Origin: an uncultured Thermoleophilia bacterium
GTDB taxonomy: Bacteria > Actinomycetota > Thermoleophilia > UBA2241
Reading direction: 5' to 3'
NCBI GenBank assembly: GCA_963702475.1
Contig: CAVPCT010000003.1
Span: forward strand, 800,001 to 864,000
DNA: 64,000 nt
The position numbers and the translations under genes were made by a program. Below, in pieces: positions 1 to 10,753 of this stretch. Each line of letters begins with the position of its first letter. Positions within the stretch are counted from its first letter, which is position 1. The notes under the pieces were generated by a model, which did not search any database, was not told where the DNA came from, and worked only from the letters and a program-made list of their open reading frames with translations.

Positions 1-2
1 GT

Positions 3-476
3 GCGGACTTCCTCACGATGGCCAAGGGCGTCGCCGGCGGCTTCCCGCTCGGGGCGTTCGTCTGCACCGAGGAGGTCGCCGCCCGCTTCGAGCTCGGCGA
101 CCACGGCGGCACCTACTGCGGCAATCCCCTGGGGTGCGCCGTGGCGCACGCCGTCATCTCGCACTTGGTGGACAACGACGTCGAGACGCGCGTGGCCGAG
201 CTTGGGGCCGAGGCCCTCGGCGAGCTCTCGGCCTGGGCCGAGCGGTACCCGGGCGTGGTGACCGGCGCCCGCGGCGCCGGTCTGCTGCTGCTCGTCGCGT
301 TCCCCGACGAGCAGACAGCCGGCGCCGTAGCCGCCGGCTGTCTCGAGCGCAAGGTCTTCGTGCGCCAGACGCAGGGCACCGGCATCCGCATCTTCCCGGC
401 GCTGACGATCACGCGGGACGAGCTGTTCGACGGTCTGCGCACCGTCGAGCAGGCTGTCGCGGCCGTCGCCGGGTAG
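3..476 (+). CDS. Class III PLP aminotransferase (ArgD/GabT-like), C-terminal part, 5' truncated by window
   Basis: DFLTMAKGVAGGFPLG PLP-lysine motif, HGGTYCGNP, GARGAGLL, IRIFPALTI. Confidence 0.85.
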   Translation, partial: ADFLTMAKGVAGGFPLGAFVCTEEVAARFELGDHGGTYCGNPLGCAVAHAVISHLVDNDVETRVAELGAEALGELSAWAERYPGVVTGARGAGLLLLVAFPDEQTAGAVAAGCLERKVFVRQTQGTGIRIFPALTITRDELFDGLRTVEQAVAAVAG

Positions 477-609
477 CCGCGGCCGGGCAGCCGCCGCCGG
501 GGCTCCAGGGAGGCCCGCCTCTCCAGAACGCGGCACCCGCGGCCGATGACTGAAGGAGACGGCGGTCGACGGCCGCCGTCTTTCGGACCGCGACGCTCCT
601 GGAGGATCC

Positions 610-2251
610 ATGACCGTTCCGACGACGGTGCAACGCACCGTGGTGCCGGAGCCCGTCCCCGACGGCGCCCCCAAGCTGCTTCCGTACGAGCTGTCCAGGT
701 ACCGGGAGTGCGGGTACGGGCGCTGGGCGTACGGCCCCGGCCTGCCTCACGAGCGCCGGCTCGACCTGCTGCAGCCGGCCGCCGCGGCTCGCGCGGGGCG
801 GCCGGCCACCGCCGGGGCCCCTTCGGAGGCGCCGGCCGAGGGACGGCGGCCGGCGCCGCGCCGCCTCCTGCGCTTCTTCGCCATCACGGACATCCACATC
901 ACCGACGTGCAGTCGCCGGCGCAGGCGATCCTGTTCGGCTACAAGGGCTTCCTCTCGTCGGCGTACTCGGGCGTCATGCTCTACACGCACCACGTCCTGG
1001 ACGCGGCCGTGCGCACGGTCAACGCCCTGCACGCCGAGGACCCGATCGACTTCGGCATCTCGCTCGGCGACACGTGCAACAGCACGCAGTACAACGAGCT
1101 GCGCTGGTACATCGACGTGCTGGACGGCGGGCGCGTCGACCCGGACTCGGGCCTGAAGGCTGGACGCGAGGCGCAGCCACGCGCGGCCTTCCTCGACGCG
1201 TACAAGGCCACCGGGCTCGATCCCTCGATCCCGTGGTACCAGACGCGCGGCAACCACGACCACTTCTGGACGGGGTTCCTGCGCGTGGACGACTACCTGC
1301 GGGCCACGTACACGGGCGAGACGCATCCTCGACCTGGGCAACGTCTTCGAGGACCCGCTGGGTCCGGACAGCCGCGGCTTCTACATGGGCTGCCTGGACG
1401 GTCGCACGCCGTACGGGGACATCTTCGGCCTGGGGCCGGTCGCCTCGTTCGCGACGCCGCCCAAGGTCCTCGCCGCCGACCCCGATCGGCGGTCGCTGAC
1501 GCCTCCGGACTGGGTGAAGGAGTTCTTCGTCACCACCTCCGAGCCTCGCGGCCACGGGTTCGATGAGGACGCCGCCGGGACGGGCTTCGGCTGCTACACG
1601 TTCGAGCCGAAGCCCGGCCTGCCCCTGCGTGTCCTGGTCCTGGACGACACGCAGCGGGACGACGAGCCCTACCACAACGGCTACGGGCACGTGTCGCTCG
1701 ACGCGGAGCGCGTCGCGTGGCTGCAGCGGGAGCTCGACCGGGGGCAGGCGGAAGGCGTGCTGATGGTCGTGGCCGCGCACTGCCCCATCGCCGTCGCGAA
1801 GCCGCCGCACCCGATGGCCTGGAGCGCCGCGGCGTGCGGCAGCGAGGAGGACCTACTGGCGAAGCTGCACGCCTGTCCCAACGTGGTCCTGTGGGTCGCG
1901 GGGCATCGACACTGCAACGCAGTCACACCGCTGCCGTCGCCCGACCCGGCGCGTCCGGAGCTCGGCCTCTGGCAGGTGGAGACCGCGTCGCTGCGGGACT
2001 TCCCCCAGCAGCTGCGCACGTTCGACCTCCGCCTCAACGGAGACGGCACCCTGTCGGTGTTCGCCACGGACGTCGACCCCGCGATCGAAGAGGGCGAGCC
2101 CGCCTGGACGTCGCGGACGTACGCGGTGGCCGCTCAGCAGATCTTCGGCAACGACGTGGGGTCGCCGCCGAGCGGGGCGTACAACGCCGAGCTGGTCGTG
2201 CCGCTGTCGCCCGCGATGCAGGCGAAGCTGGGCTCGCCGGCCGCATCGTGA
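610..2251 (+). CDS. Calcineurin-like metallophosphoesterase (TIGR03768-like), frameshift near 1325
   Basis: DIHITD, LGDTCN and RGNHDH in ORF 610..; AHCP and AGHRH in ORF 1385..2251; GGAGG RBS. Confidence 0.8.
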
Positions 2252-2254
2252 ACC

Positions 2255-2305
2255 TTGCGCGCGCCGCGGTGCTGACGTACAGTCTTGGGCAAGACTGTAC
2301 GTCAG
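2255..2305 (+). promoter_or_regulatory. TA promoter (TTGCGC-N17-TACAGT) overlapped by a perfect 16-bp inverted repeat operator
   Basis: CTGACGTACAGTCTTG-GG-CAAGACTGTACGTCAG at 2272-2305. Confidence 0.7.
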
Positions 2306-2315
2306 GAGCGGCCAC

Positions 2316-2558
2316 CTGAACACGAAGCTCACACTCAGGCTCGACGAAGACCTCATCCGCCGCGCGAAGGAGTATGCCGACCGCTCGGGGAAGTCGGTGT
2401 CGGGGCTGGTCGCCGACTACTTCGCGATCCTCACGAGCGACTCGCCCCGGGAGGCGGGCTTCATCACCCCGCGCGTGCGCGGGCTGCTGGGGGCGATCGA
2501 GGGCAGCGGCGTTGACGAAGAGGACTATGAGCGGCACCTCCTCGAGAAGTACGGATGA
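2316..2558 (+). CDS. DUF6364-like RHH antitoxin, CTG start (absent from ORF track)
   Basis: Manual translation (L)NTKLTLRLDEDLIRRAKEYADRSGKSVSGLVADYF...HLLEKYG*; AGGAG RBS; stop overlaps toxin ATG. Confidence 0.8.
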   Translation: MNTKLTLRLDEDLIRRAKEYADRSGKSVSGLVADYFAILTSDSPREAGFITPRVRGLLGAIEGSGVDEEDYERHLLEKYG

Positions 2559-2989
2559 GACTCCTGTTCGACACCAGTGTCGTCCTCGACGTGCTTCTCA
2601 AGCGTGAGCCCGACGCAGTCACTGCGGCCAAGCTCCTCTCGCTGGCCGACGCCGGCACGCTCGACGGCGTCTTGTGTGCCGGTGCGCTCACGACCGTCGA
2701 CTACGTGGTCGCGAAGGCCATCGGGGCGAGGCGCAGCCGCCGGCTCCTCGACGAGCTCCTCCGCATCTGCGCCATCGTGCCGGTCGACCGCGCCGTGCTG
2801 GAACGCGCCTTGCGGCTGGACTTCGACGACTTCGAAGACGCCGTCGTGCACGAGGCGGCGCGGGTTGCTGGCGCCGCGGCCATCGTCACGCGCGACGCCG
2901 CAGGCTTCTCGCGCGGCACCATCCCGGCGGTCCACCCGCTTGAGCTGCTCTCGTCACTGGCGGTCGCCGAGGTCGACGAGCCGGCCTGA
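2555..2989 (+). CDS. PIN-domain toxin (VapC-like)
   Basis: LFDTSVVLD, DFEDA, IVTRD motifs. Confidence 0.88.
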   Translation: MRLLFDTSVVLDVLLKREPDAVTAAKLLSLADAGTLDGVLCAGALTTVDYVVAKAIGARRSRRLLDELLRICAIVPVDRAVLERALRLDFDDFEDAVVHEAARVAGAAAIVTRDAAGFSRGTIPAVHPLELLSSLAVAEVDEPA

Positions 2990-3174
2990 CTCGTAGCACG
3001 AGGCCGCCGCCGGTCTGCGGCCGGCGGCGGCCGGCCGCTGCGCGAGCCGCCCGTGTTCCAAGCCGCGGCAGCCACCGGTCGGCTGTCAGGCGCGAGGAGC
3101 TGCGCGCCGCCCCGGCGACCATCCAGACGGCCGCCGCTGGGTCGTGCTCGGCTGCCTGCTTCAGGATCCCCACC

Positions 3175-3204
3175 GAAACTCCGCGCGCTCCGCCGTGTCC
3201 AAAG
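3175..3204 (+). promoter_or_regulatory. Putative ECF sigma promoter (autoregulatory copy)
   Basis: GAAAC-N15-GTGTCCAAAG; same motif and spacing at 5328 and 11860. Confidence 0.6.
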
Positions 3205-3267
3205 CAAGAGGGATGGTGCGTCTCAACGCCGGTCCCTGCCGGGCGGTGGGTAAAGCAGAGGTGAGCC

Positions 3268-3879
3268 GTGGGAACGGGGGTCATGACCGTCAGGGGTCCC
3301 GATCTGGTGACTGCGGGCGGAGCCGGCGAGCGGGAGTCCGTACCGTCGTCCGTCGTCGCGGCCGCCCGCGCCGGGGACGCCGACGCGTTCATGGCTATCT
3401 ACGACGCCTACCACTCGCGTCTGCGCGGCCTCGCGTTCCGCACGCTCGGCGACGCCGGCCTTCTCGATGACGCGATGCAGGAGGTGGCCGTCAAGGCCTT
3501 CGTCGGGCTGCCCCACTTCCGCGGCGAGTGCGCCGTGGGGACCTGGCTGTTCCAGATCACCTACCGCACCTGTCTGAACCTCCAACGCGGGCGCGGCCGC
3601 TTCGTACCGCAGCCGGACGTCGAGGCACCGGCGGACGACACGACCGGAGACCCGGGGGAATCGGTGCTGCTGCACATCGAGCTGGCCGCCGCGCTGGCCT
3701 CGCTGACGGCCGTCCAACGAGCTGTGGTCTTCCTGGTCCTGGAGGAAGGGCTGGACCACCAGACGGCGGCGAGGGTGCTCGGCGTACCGCCCGGGACGGT
3801 CGCCTCGCGGCTGTCGGCGGCGCGCGCCGCCTTGGTCAAGTGCCTCGAGGACCCGCGACGCGACAGGGAGATGCGATGA
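3268..3879 (+). CDS. ECF RNA polymerase sigma factor (start GTG 3268 or ATG 3283)
   Basis: ARAGDADAF, DDAMQEV..KAF, FRGECAVGTWLFQI; region 4 LGVPPGTVASRLSAAR. Confidence 0.92.
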   Translation: MGTGVMTVRGPDLVTAGGAGERESVPSSVVAAARAGDADAFMAIYDAYHSRLRGLAFRTLGDAGLLDDAMQEVAVKAFVGLPHFRGECAVGTWLFQITYRTCLNLQRGRGRFVPQPDVEAPADDTTGDPGESVLLHIELAAALASLTAVQRAVVFLVLEEGLDHQTAARVLGVPPGTVASRLSAARAALVKCLEDPRRDREMR

Positions 3880-5315
3880 GCGACGAGCAGGACAAGCGGC
3901 TGCGCGAGGCCCTGCGCGGGTTGCAGCCGCCGCCGCCCGACGCGGAGACCCGCGAGCGGGTCCGCGCCGCCGTCGCGAAGGCGGCGGCGGAAGCGACGCG
4001 CGCGCCCGCAGCGGCCACCCCGGCGGATGCGGCACGGCCGCGCTCGTGGCTACGGCACCCGTTCGCGGTCTTCGCCCGTCACCGCGGGCCGGCGCTCGGG
4101 CTCGCGGCCCTCGCCATCGTCGCCCTCGTCGCAGGCGTCCTGCTGGTCGGTACGCCGGGAGGCGGCGGGCCGGAGCCCGTCAGCGCCGGCCATGTCCTGC
4201 AGCGCGCTCTGCGCGCGCTCTCCTCCGGCCGCACGCTCTCCGCCGAGGTCATCGTCACGACACAGAAGCAGCTCGGCTGGACAACCGAGCCCGACTACGA
4301 CGTGGACCGCTACCGCCTCTGGCTCAAGGCGGACGGCAGCTACCGGCTCACTGGTCTGGGTCCGTCGCGGATCTTCTGGTTGCCGCGCGCCGGCTCGCAC
4401 CCGCCCGTCGACGTCGTCTTCGACGCGAGCACGGGTGTGCTCACCACGTACTCCCCCGGCCGGGGGGTCGTCGAGCACGCTGGCTACCCGCCCGGCCCAC
4501 CCGACCGCTGGGCAGGCCTCGTCACGGAGTACGATTTCAGCGCGGCCGGGCGCGCTCTTCAGGCCCTCGGGGGGGCTCGGCCGATATCGGCTTCGTACGA
4601 ACGTCGACCGGCCTGGGTCCTCACCTGCTCGCTGTACTCGGGGCCCTCTCGCCCGGCGATCACGGACGAGGGGTTCCATTTCGAGATCACGATCGACAAG
4701 GCGACCGCCTTCCCCGTCTGCTTCAAGGGGTTCTTGGACGACGATATGATGCTCGAGGTCCGCTACCGCGACGTGCGCGTCAACGCGCCACTGCCGGACG
4801 ACGCCTTCGCGCTGGAAGCCCCCACCGGTGCCCCAGTGAAGCGTGTGCAGGACGGCTTCCGCCGCATGACGGTCGCCGAGATCGCGAGGCTCCCCGGGTA
4901 CACGACGCTGGTGCCGGCGAGAGTACCACGCGGCTATGGCCTGACGTCGGCAGCGGCCGCCGCGCACGCCGTCACCGCGAACCGCCTCGTCAGGGGGCGC
5001 AACGTCGTGGCCCTGCAGTACTCTCGCGGCTTCGACAGCTTGACGGTGACCACGCGCAGGGTCGCAGACCCATGGCTCGCGACTGAGTACGACCCCTTGG
5101 AGCTGGACCAGTCGTGGGCGAGGCAGGTGGCCTGGCCGGCGGTCATCCCCGACGGCGCCTTCCGTGGCGTCACCGCACAAGTAGTCGTGGCGCCGGTGAC
5201 GACCACGCCGCACCTCTGGGCCGTCAAGGACGGTGTCCTGCTCACGGTCGCCGGCGCCGCGTCGGCCGAGGAGCTCGTTGCGGTCGCCGCCTCTTTGGAA
5301 CCCGCGAGCCGCTGA
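3876..5315 (+). CDS. Putative membrane-anchored anti-sigma factor with extracytoplasmic LolA/RseB-like domain
   Basis: ATG overlaps sigma stop; short cytoplasmic N-terminus, one TM helix, C-terminal IDKATAFP..EVRYRDVRVNAPLPDDAF segment. Confidence 0.65.
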   Translation: MSDEQDKRLREALRGLQPPPPDAETRERVRAAVAKAAAEATRAPAAATPADAARPRSWLRHPFAVFARHRGPALGLAALAIVALVAGVLLVGTPGGGGPEPVSAGHVLQRALRALSSGRTLSAEVIVTTQKQLGWTTEPDYDVDRYRLWLKADGSYRLTGLGPSRIFWLPRAGSHPPVDVVFDASTGVLTTYSPGRGVVEHAGYPPGPPDRWAGLVTEYDFSAAGRALQALGGARPISASYERRPAWVLTCSLYSGPSRPAITDEGFHFEITIDKATAFPVCFKGFLDDDMMLEVRYRDVRVNAPLPDDAFALEAPTGAPVKRVQDGFRRMTVAEIARLPGYTTLVPARVPRGYGLTSAAAAAHAVTANRLVRGRNVVALQYSRGFDSLTVTTRRVADPWLATEYDPLELDQSWARQVAWPAVIPDGAFRGVTAQVVVAPVTTTPHLWAVKDGVLLTVAGAASAEELVAVAASLEPASR

Positions 5316-5327
5316 ACGGCGCCGGGC

Positions 5328-5357
5328 GAAAGTGCAGGGCCTGACCTGTGTCGAAAG
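5328..5357 (+). promoter_or_regulatory. Putative ECF sigma promoter
   Basis: GAAAG-N15-GTGTCGAAAG. Confidence 0.6.
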
Positions 5358-5414
5358 GGTGGAGGGACAGCGCCTTGCGTAGGCCCTCCGCCCGGCGAGG
5401 CAGCGGAGGGGAGC

Positions 5415-7145
5415 ATGGTCATGAAGCTAGGTCCGAAGCTCGCGGGCACGATCGTCCTGGGCTTGTCGGCGCTGCTCGCCCTCGTTGTGGCGCTCGCCCT
5501 TGCCGCCTGCGACGACGCAGCGACGACGCACCCTGACGCGACCGCGACCGCCGGTGTCGCCGCTACCGCCTCGACCAGCGGCCCAGAAGCCGGGCCGACG
5601 CGCGTCGTATTCGTCGGCGCCCTGGACGTGGACCCCCGCGACCCGTCGGTCCTCTACGCCGCCACGACGGAGGGTCTCTTCAAGTCGGATGACGGAGCGG
5701 AGAGTTGGCACCGGCTCCCAGGGACGTTCAGAGGCTTCTACCGGACGGTCGCTGTCGATCCCGCCGCGCCCTCCACGATCTACGCGATCTACTTCAAGGA
5801 CGATGCCGTCCCTTCCGGGCGACTGCAGAGGTCCGATGACGGCGGCGCCACCTGGGTGAACCTGAGCGACGCACGCTCGCCACGGATCGACGGGTATGCG
5901 GTCGTGTGGTTCGATCTGACGGCGACCCCGTCCAGCGTCTACACGTGGGGCGTGACGTGTGGCGTGAAGGGCCGTGACTGGCACGTGTACCGGTCCTCCG
6001 ACCGTGGCGAGACCTGGACCAGAGACCGCACGGCCGAGCAGCGGGACCCGCCGTGGGACCCGGGCGACGTGCCCCGGCAGATGTCCGCCGCTGCGCGACA
6101 GGCGCTCGACGCGTTCATGGCCGAGTTCCAGCCGAGCGGCGGCCGTCCGCAGGCATGGATTCTCGACCACACCGCCGAGGCCGGTCCCCTGCTCAACATC
6201 TTCGGCCGGCCCCTCGTCGACCCGCGGGACCCCTCGGTCTTCTACGCGCGGACCATGGAGGGTGTCTACAAGTCCCTGGACGGCGGCAAGACCTGGAGGC
6301 GGGCGAGCGCAGGCCTCCGCGCGGCCCTGCCCGCTGTCCCGGCCACGCCGCCTCTGCCGGCGCCCATCGTCGCGGGCACTCTGGTCTTCGACAAGGTGGT
6401 CGATCCCGACACCCCCAACTACGACATCTTCCTCGTGAACAGCGATGGCACGGGCCTCAGGCAGCTGACGGACGACCCCGGCGTGGAAGAGCACCCCTGC
6501 TGGTCCCCCGACGGGAAGCGGATCGTCTACAGCGACTATGAGAAGGGCACGTTGCGGGTCATGAATGCGGACGGTTCCGGCGATGTCGCGTTGGGGGGAG
6601 GCGGAGCTCCTCACTGGTCTCCCGACGGTAGGCTCATCGTCTACAGCCGGGGGGACGGCGTCTACGTCATGAACGCCGACGGCAGCAGTCAGCGCCGCGT
6701 AGATACTCGGGGCCCCGCCGACACTCCGTCCTGGGGCCCGAACGGCACGATCGTCTTCGTCCGTGACGGCGACCTCTACGACGTCAACGTCGACGGCACG
6801 GGCCTCGTGCGGCTGACGCGGAACGCGGGGCTTCGTCAGTGCCTCGCCTCTCCGGACGGGAAGGGCATCGCCGCCTACGTGGTGGGCGAGGACCGCCTCG
6901 TGGTCATGCCCCTGCGCGGCGACGGCCCGACCGTGACACTGCTCCACCCGGCGCTGCCCTACATCCCCGACGGCGGCGAACCCACCGCCGGGTGGACCGC
7001 GGACGGCAGGGCGCTCGTCCTGGGCAGCAGCACCTGGGGGGAGAGGCTCGGCTCCCACCTCTACGTCGTCAACGCCGACGGCTCCGGACTCTCACAGGTC
7101 CCCCGGGTCGAGAACGCGCTGAGCGCGGCGTGGCGACCGGAGTAG
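5415..7145 (+). CDS. Lipoprotein with BNR/Asp-box repeats and TolB-like (PD40) beta-propeller
   Basis: LAAC lipobox; SxDGGxTW repeats; WSPDG repeats. Confidence 0.8.
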   Translation: MVMKLGPKLAGTIVLGLSALLALVVALALAACDDAATTHPDATATAGVAATASTSGPEAGPTRVVFVGALDVDPRDPSVLYAATTEGLFKSDDGAESWHRLPGTFRGFYRTVAVDPAAPSTIYAIYFKDDAVPSGRLQRSDDGGATWVNLSDARSPRIDGYAVVWFDLTATPSSVYTWGVTCGVKGRDWHVYRSSDRGETWTRDRTAEQRDPPWDPGDVPRQMSAAARQALDAFMAEFQPSGGRPQAWILDHTAEAGPLLNIFGRPLVDPRDPSVFYARTMEGVYKSLDGGKTWRRASAGLRAALPAVPATPPLPAPIVAGTLVFDKVVDPDTPNYDIFLVNSDGTGLRQLTDDPGVEEHPCWSPDGKRIVYSDYEKGTLRVMNADGSGDVALGGGGAPHWSPDGRLIVYSRGDGVYVMNADGSSQRRVDTRGPADTPSWGPNGTIVFVRDGDLYDVNVDGTGLVRLTRNAGLRQCLASPDGKGIAAYVVGEDRLVVMPLRGDGPTVTLLHPALPYIPDGGEPTAGWTADGRALVLGSSTWGERLGSHLYVVNADGSGLSQVPRVENALSAAWRPE

Positions 7146-7202
7146 GGCCATCGGCCGCCCGGCTCAGAAGTCATGCGGCACGAGCGGGAAGGAGGCGTCG
7201 TC

Positions 7203-8546
7203 ATGAAACCACGTGCAGTGTCCTCGACGGCCGCCGTGGGACGGCGCGCGCACCCAGCCTCGGTCGTGGTCCTCTGCCTGGTCGTCCTCGGCCTCGGTGC
7301 GCTCAACCTCTGCGGCCTCTGCGCCTGCGGCGACACGGGCACGACGGCATCAAGCTCGCCGTCCGCCACCCGCCCGACGACGCCCCCTGCGGTCACGCCT
7401 GCCACTCCGACGGAGAACGCCGCGGCGGCCACTGGCGAGGAGCACGCGGCGATGCTCAGGGCCAACCTCGAGCGGACGGGGGTCTATCCCAGCGGCGGGC
7501 CGACACGGCGGCCCGAGCTGCTCTGGACCTTCAAGACGACCTCGGCCGCCTGGATGGAGCTCATCTCCTCCCCGGTCGTCGCGGACGGTGTGGCCTACGT
7601 CGGCAGCCAGGATTGCCGCCTCTATGCGGTCGACGTCCGCACTGGGCGGGAGATGTGGACGTTCAAAGCGGATGACTGGGTGCGCTCCCCGGCCGTCTCG
7701 CGCGGGGTCGTCTATGTCGGCAGTCATGACGGTTCTCTCTACGCGCTGCGTGCCAAGAGCGGCAGGGAGAAGTGGGAGTTCCGGACGAGGGCTGCGATCA
7801 CGTCCTCCCCGGCCGTCTCAGACAGCATGGTCTATGTCGGCAGCGAACACGGCGCTCTCTACGCGCTGAACGTCCGCGACGGCAAGGAGGTGTGGCACTT
7901 CAACACGGACGCTGCGATCTCCTCGTCTCCCGCCGTCTCCGACGGGGTGGTGTACGTCGGCAGCCATGACCACCACCTCTACGCGCTGGACGCCCAGTCC
8001 GGTCGGCAGAGATGGAAGTTCAAGGCAAGCGGTCCGGTCACGACCGAGGCCGCCGTCGCGGGCGACGTGGTCTACTGCGGCAGTTGGGACAGCCTCGGCA
8101 CTCCAGGTGCGTTCGGCCCCAGCGGTCATCATCTCTACGCGCTGGACGCCCGGACCGGCCGGCAGAGATGGGAGTTCGATCCGCACGGCGTGGTCACGTC
8201 CCCCGCCGTCGCAGGCGGGAACGCCTACGTCGGCAGCGATGACGGCAATCTCTACGCGGTGGACGTCCGGAGCGGCGTGGAGAAGTGGAGGTTCTGGGTG
8301 GGGCGGGGCTACGATGGGGTCCGGTCCTCGCCGGTCCTCTCCGGCGATGTGGTCTACTTCGGCAGCGGTGCGCCGCACCGCGCGCTCCATGCGCTGGATG
8401 CCAGCAGTGGCCGGGAGCTCTGGGCGCTCCCGGCTGGTGGAGAGATCGACGACTCCCCGACCGTCTCGGACGGGGTGGTCTACTTCGTCTATGTCAGCGA
8501 CGCCTCCGACCCCCTCCGCCGCGGCTGCCTCACGGCGGTGAAGTAG
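7203..8546 (+). CDS. PQQ-binding-like beta-propeller lipoprotein (BamB/AfsK-type repeats)
   Basis: Repeated SSPAVxxGxVYVGSxDxxLYALDxxxGxxxW; GGAGG RBS; signal peptide with Cys. Confidence 0.88.
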   Translation: MKPRAVSSTAAVGRRAHPASVVVLCLVVLGLGALNLCGLCACGDTGTTASSSPSATRPTTPPAVTPATPTENAAAATGEEHAAMLRANLERTGVYPSGGPTRRPELLWTFKTTSAAWMELISSPVVADGVAYVGSQDCRLYAVDVRTGREMWTFKADDWVRSPAVSRGVVYVGSHDGSLYALRAKSGREKWEFRTRAAITSSPAVSDSMVYVGSEHGALYALNVRDGKEVWHFNTDAAISSSPAVSDGVVYVGSHDHHLYALDAQSGRQRWKFKASGPVTTEAAVAGDVVYCGSWDSLGTPGAFGPSGHHLYALDARTGRQRWEFDPHGVVTSPAVAGGNAYVGSDDGNLYAVDVRSGVEKWRFWVGRGYDGVRSSPVLSGDVVYFGSGAPHRALHALDASSGRELWALPAGGEIDDSPTVSDGVVYFVYVSDASDPLRRGCLTAVK

Positions 8547-8702
8547 GCACGCGTCGGGCGAGACGAGGGACCAGGAGGGAAGGGGCAAGGCCATGAAAGG
8601 GATCGGCAGATCAGGATCGCGGGCCCGCTCCAGCCGCGACCACGGTCAGCGGGAGGGCCGGCCGGCTTGAGATCCGGTGGGCCATTGGGGAAAGGAGAGG
8701 CC

Positions 8703-9740
8703 ATGGAGGGGCACCGTGGGTCAAGTGATGCGAAGGCAGCGATCATGCCGGCGCTGCTCGTCGTGCTCGCGGCGCTCGCCCTCGCCGCCTGCGGCGGCTC
8801 GCGCCAGAGCGACACCGCGGCAAGCTCGACGATTCCGTCGACAGCGGAGTCACCGGCGACCGCACCGCCCGCCGCCTCCGACCCCGCGCAGGTGGCGCGG
8901 ACCGAGGCGGTGGTGAGGTCAGTCATGACCTCATGGAACAACGCCTGGAGCGCCAAGAAGGACCGACGCGCTCGGTCGTCTCTGTACGCGGACGAGGTGC
9001 AGTACTACGACGCCGCCGCGGGCTACGCGCTGATCACCAAGAGCGACATGGACGCCATGAGTCAGGACCGCGACTGGTGGAAGGCCTTCCGGTTGACCCT
9101 GGAATCGTCCTTCGTCTCGGCCGACGGCCGCTTCGCCGCCACGCTGGGCAAGATCGCGCTGCGCGACGAGATGGGCGACCTGCCGTGGCAGCCGGCAGCC
9201 TCTGTGCTGGCGGTCGCGAACGACAAGATCGTCTGGGAGTGCGACTACTATGGCGGTGAGCGGTTCGTGGCCGGGCAGACGACGCCCATGCCGGCCATCC
9301 CGCCTGGTGTGGTCAAACCCGGATCCCCGGCGGCCGAGAGAGCCGTCGCCGAGGCGACGACCGCCATCGGTCGGTGGCTGGTCGCCTACAACGGCAGGGA
9401 CGCCGCGTCATTCCTGTCCTTCTACGCCGAGGACGCCAGGTACGTCGACCTCGTCAGCCCCAAGTGGCGCGTCATGACCAAGAACCAGCTTGCCGCCGAC
9501 GTCGCCTCGCTGTTTCCCCGGAATGAGTTCCAGTCCAAGCTCGAACCGTCGCCTGGGTCGGCCATGGATTCCGCCTACTTCGTGTCGCCCGACGGGCGCT
9601 TCGCTGCCGTGCAGGGAACCTACCTCGACCTGGGAGTGCCGGGCGGCCTGCCGATGCTGATCGTCATGGAGCTAGAAGCTGGCCAGATCGTCCGGCAGTA
9701 CAACTACGTCGCCATGGACCGGAGTCTGCTGGAGCCTTAG
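8703..9740 (+). CDS. Lipoprotein with tandem SnoaL/NTF2-like domains
   Basis: LAACGG lipobox; two repeats of LYADEVQYYD / FYAEDARYVD and VSxDGRFAA. Confidence 0.7.
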   Translation: MEGHRGSSDAKAAIMPALLVVLAALALAACGGSRQSDTAASSTIPSTAESPATAPPAASDPAQVARTEAVVRSVMTSWNNAWSAKKDRRARSSLYADEVQYYDAAAGYALITKSDMDAMSQDRDWWKAFRLTLESSFVSADGRFAATLGKIALRDEMGDLPWQPAASVLAVANDKIVWECDYYGGERFVAGQTTPMPAIPPGVVKPGSPAAERAVAEATTAIGRWLVAYNGRDAASFLSFYAEDARYVDLVSPKWRVMTKNQLAADVASLFPRNEFQSKLEPSPGSAMDSAYFVSPDGRFAAVQGTYLDLGVPGGLPMLIVMELEAGQIVRQYNYVAMDRSLLEP

Positions 9741-9936
9741 GTGGCTCGAGAGGCGGGCCAGGCCGCTCGCCGTGCTCGTCGTGGCTGCGGCGCCGGCTCT
9801 GGCCGCCTGCGGCGGCGGCACGAGCGTGACCACCACCCGCCAGCATCTTCGGGCGCCGGACAGGTCCAGCCCGTGGAGCGGCACGGCCGTCTGGGTGACG
9901 CGATCGTCCTCTCCGATGGGGGTGATGGGCAGCTGA
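9741..9936 (+). pseudogene. Orphan lipoprotein signal-peptide relic without start codon
   Basis: Frame reads RARPLAVLVVAAAPALAACGGGTSVTT then decays. Confidence 0.35.
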
Positions 9937-10144
9937 GGCGACGGCCCTCGGGCTGAAGTCCGTGGCCACCGTCGCCACCCGCGTGTTGCGGCCGTTCGGG
10001 GCGCAGGGAAGACTGCAGCCATGCGCAGCACCGCAAGGGGGTCTACCGCACCGCCGGGCCGAACGGCACAGGGTCTGTCGCGCAGGAGCGGGCCGGCGCG
10101 CTCGCAGCTTGTCGCCGGTTCGTCAGCCCCTCGGAGGACCGCTG

Positions 10145-10717
10145 ATGGGGATCGTACCGATGTCCGCCCAGACCCTGCCGCAGGCCAAGGCCCTTGTCCA
10201 TCGTGTCTTCGGGCACGAAGGACCGGCGGGGTGGCTGTTCTTCTGGGCGTGGCCCCATCGCGACAGACCCGCGGCCAGACTCCTGCTCGCCCGGGTCGGT
10301 GTCGCCAGCCTCGGCGAGTTCTGGCTGGCGATCGACGATCACGGGCGGGTGGTGGGCACTGTCGGTCTGCACCGGTTCCGCCGGGACGCCAGAGAGGCTG
10401 TCTGGCTCTCGTGGTACTGCGTGGCGCCGGAGTCTCGGGGGCTGGGGATCGGGGCACATCTCCTGGACTATGCCATCGAGAAGGCCCGGGAGTCCGGAGC
10501 CAGGTTCCTCAGGCTGTACACCGGCGATGATCCTGTGATGGCCGAGGCGCAAGGCGCGTACGAGAGCCGTGGGCTGCGCGTCGCGCGAACCTACAACCTG
10601 GTCTTCCGGCGGGTGCTCCAACGGCAACTGGAGCTCGCGCAGGCCGACTGCCGTGACGGCGGCCCGGCACGGGCTCACAATGGCATCCGAACGGACGACC
10701 CTCCGGGTCGCCGCTGA
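10145..10717 (+). CDS. GNAT N-acetyltransferase
   Basis: VAPESRGLGIGAHLL acetyl-CoA motif; GGAGG RBS. Confidence 0.85.
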   Translation: MGIVPMSAQTLPQAKALVHRVFGHEGPAGWLFFWAWPHRDRPAARLLLARVGVASLGEFWLAIDDHGRVVGTVGLHRFRRDAREAVWLSWYCVAPESRGLGIGAHLLDYAIEKARESGARFLRLYTGDDPVMAEAQGAYESRGLRVARTYNLVFRRVLQRQLELAQADCRDGGPARAHNGIRTDDPPGRR

Positions 10718-10753
10718 GGTCGAGCGCGTCAGGCGGACGAAAGGCGGGAGACG

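Noticed and set aside
7560-8480. DNA-level repeats as a DGR or mobile repeat
   Set aside because: They are coding beta-propeller blades, and there is no reverse transcriptase in the window
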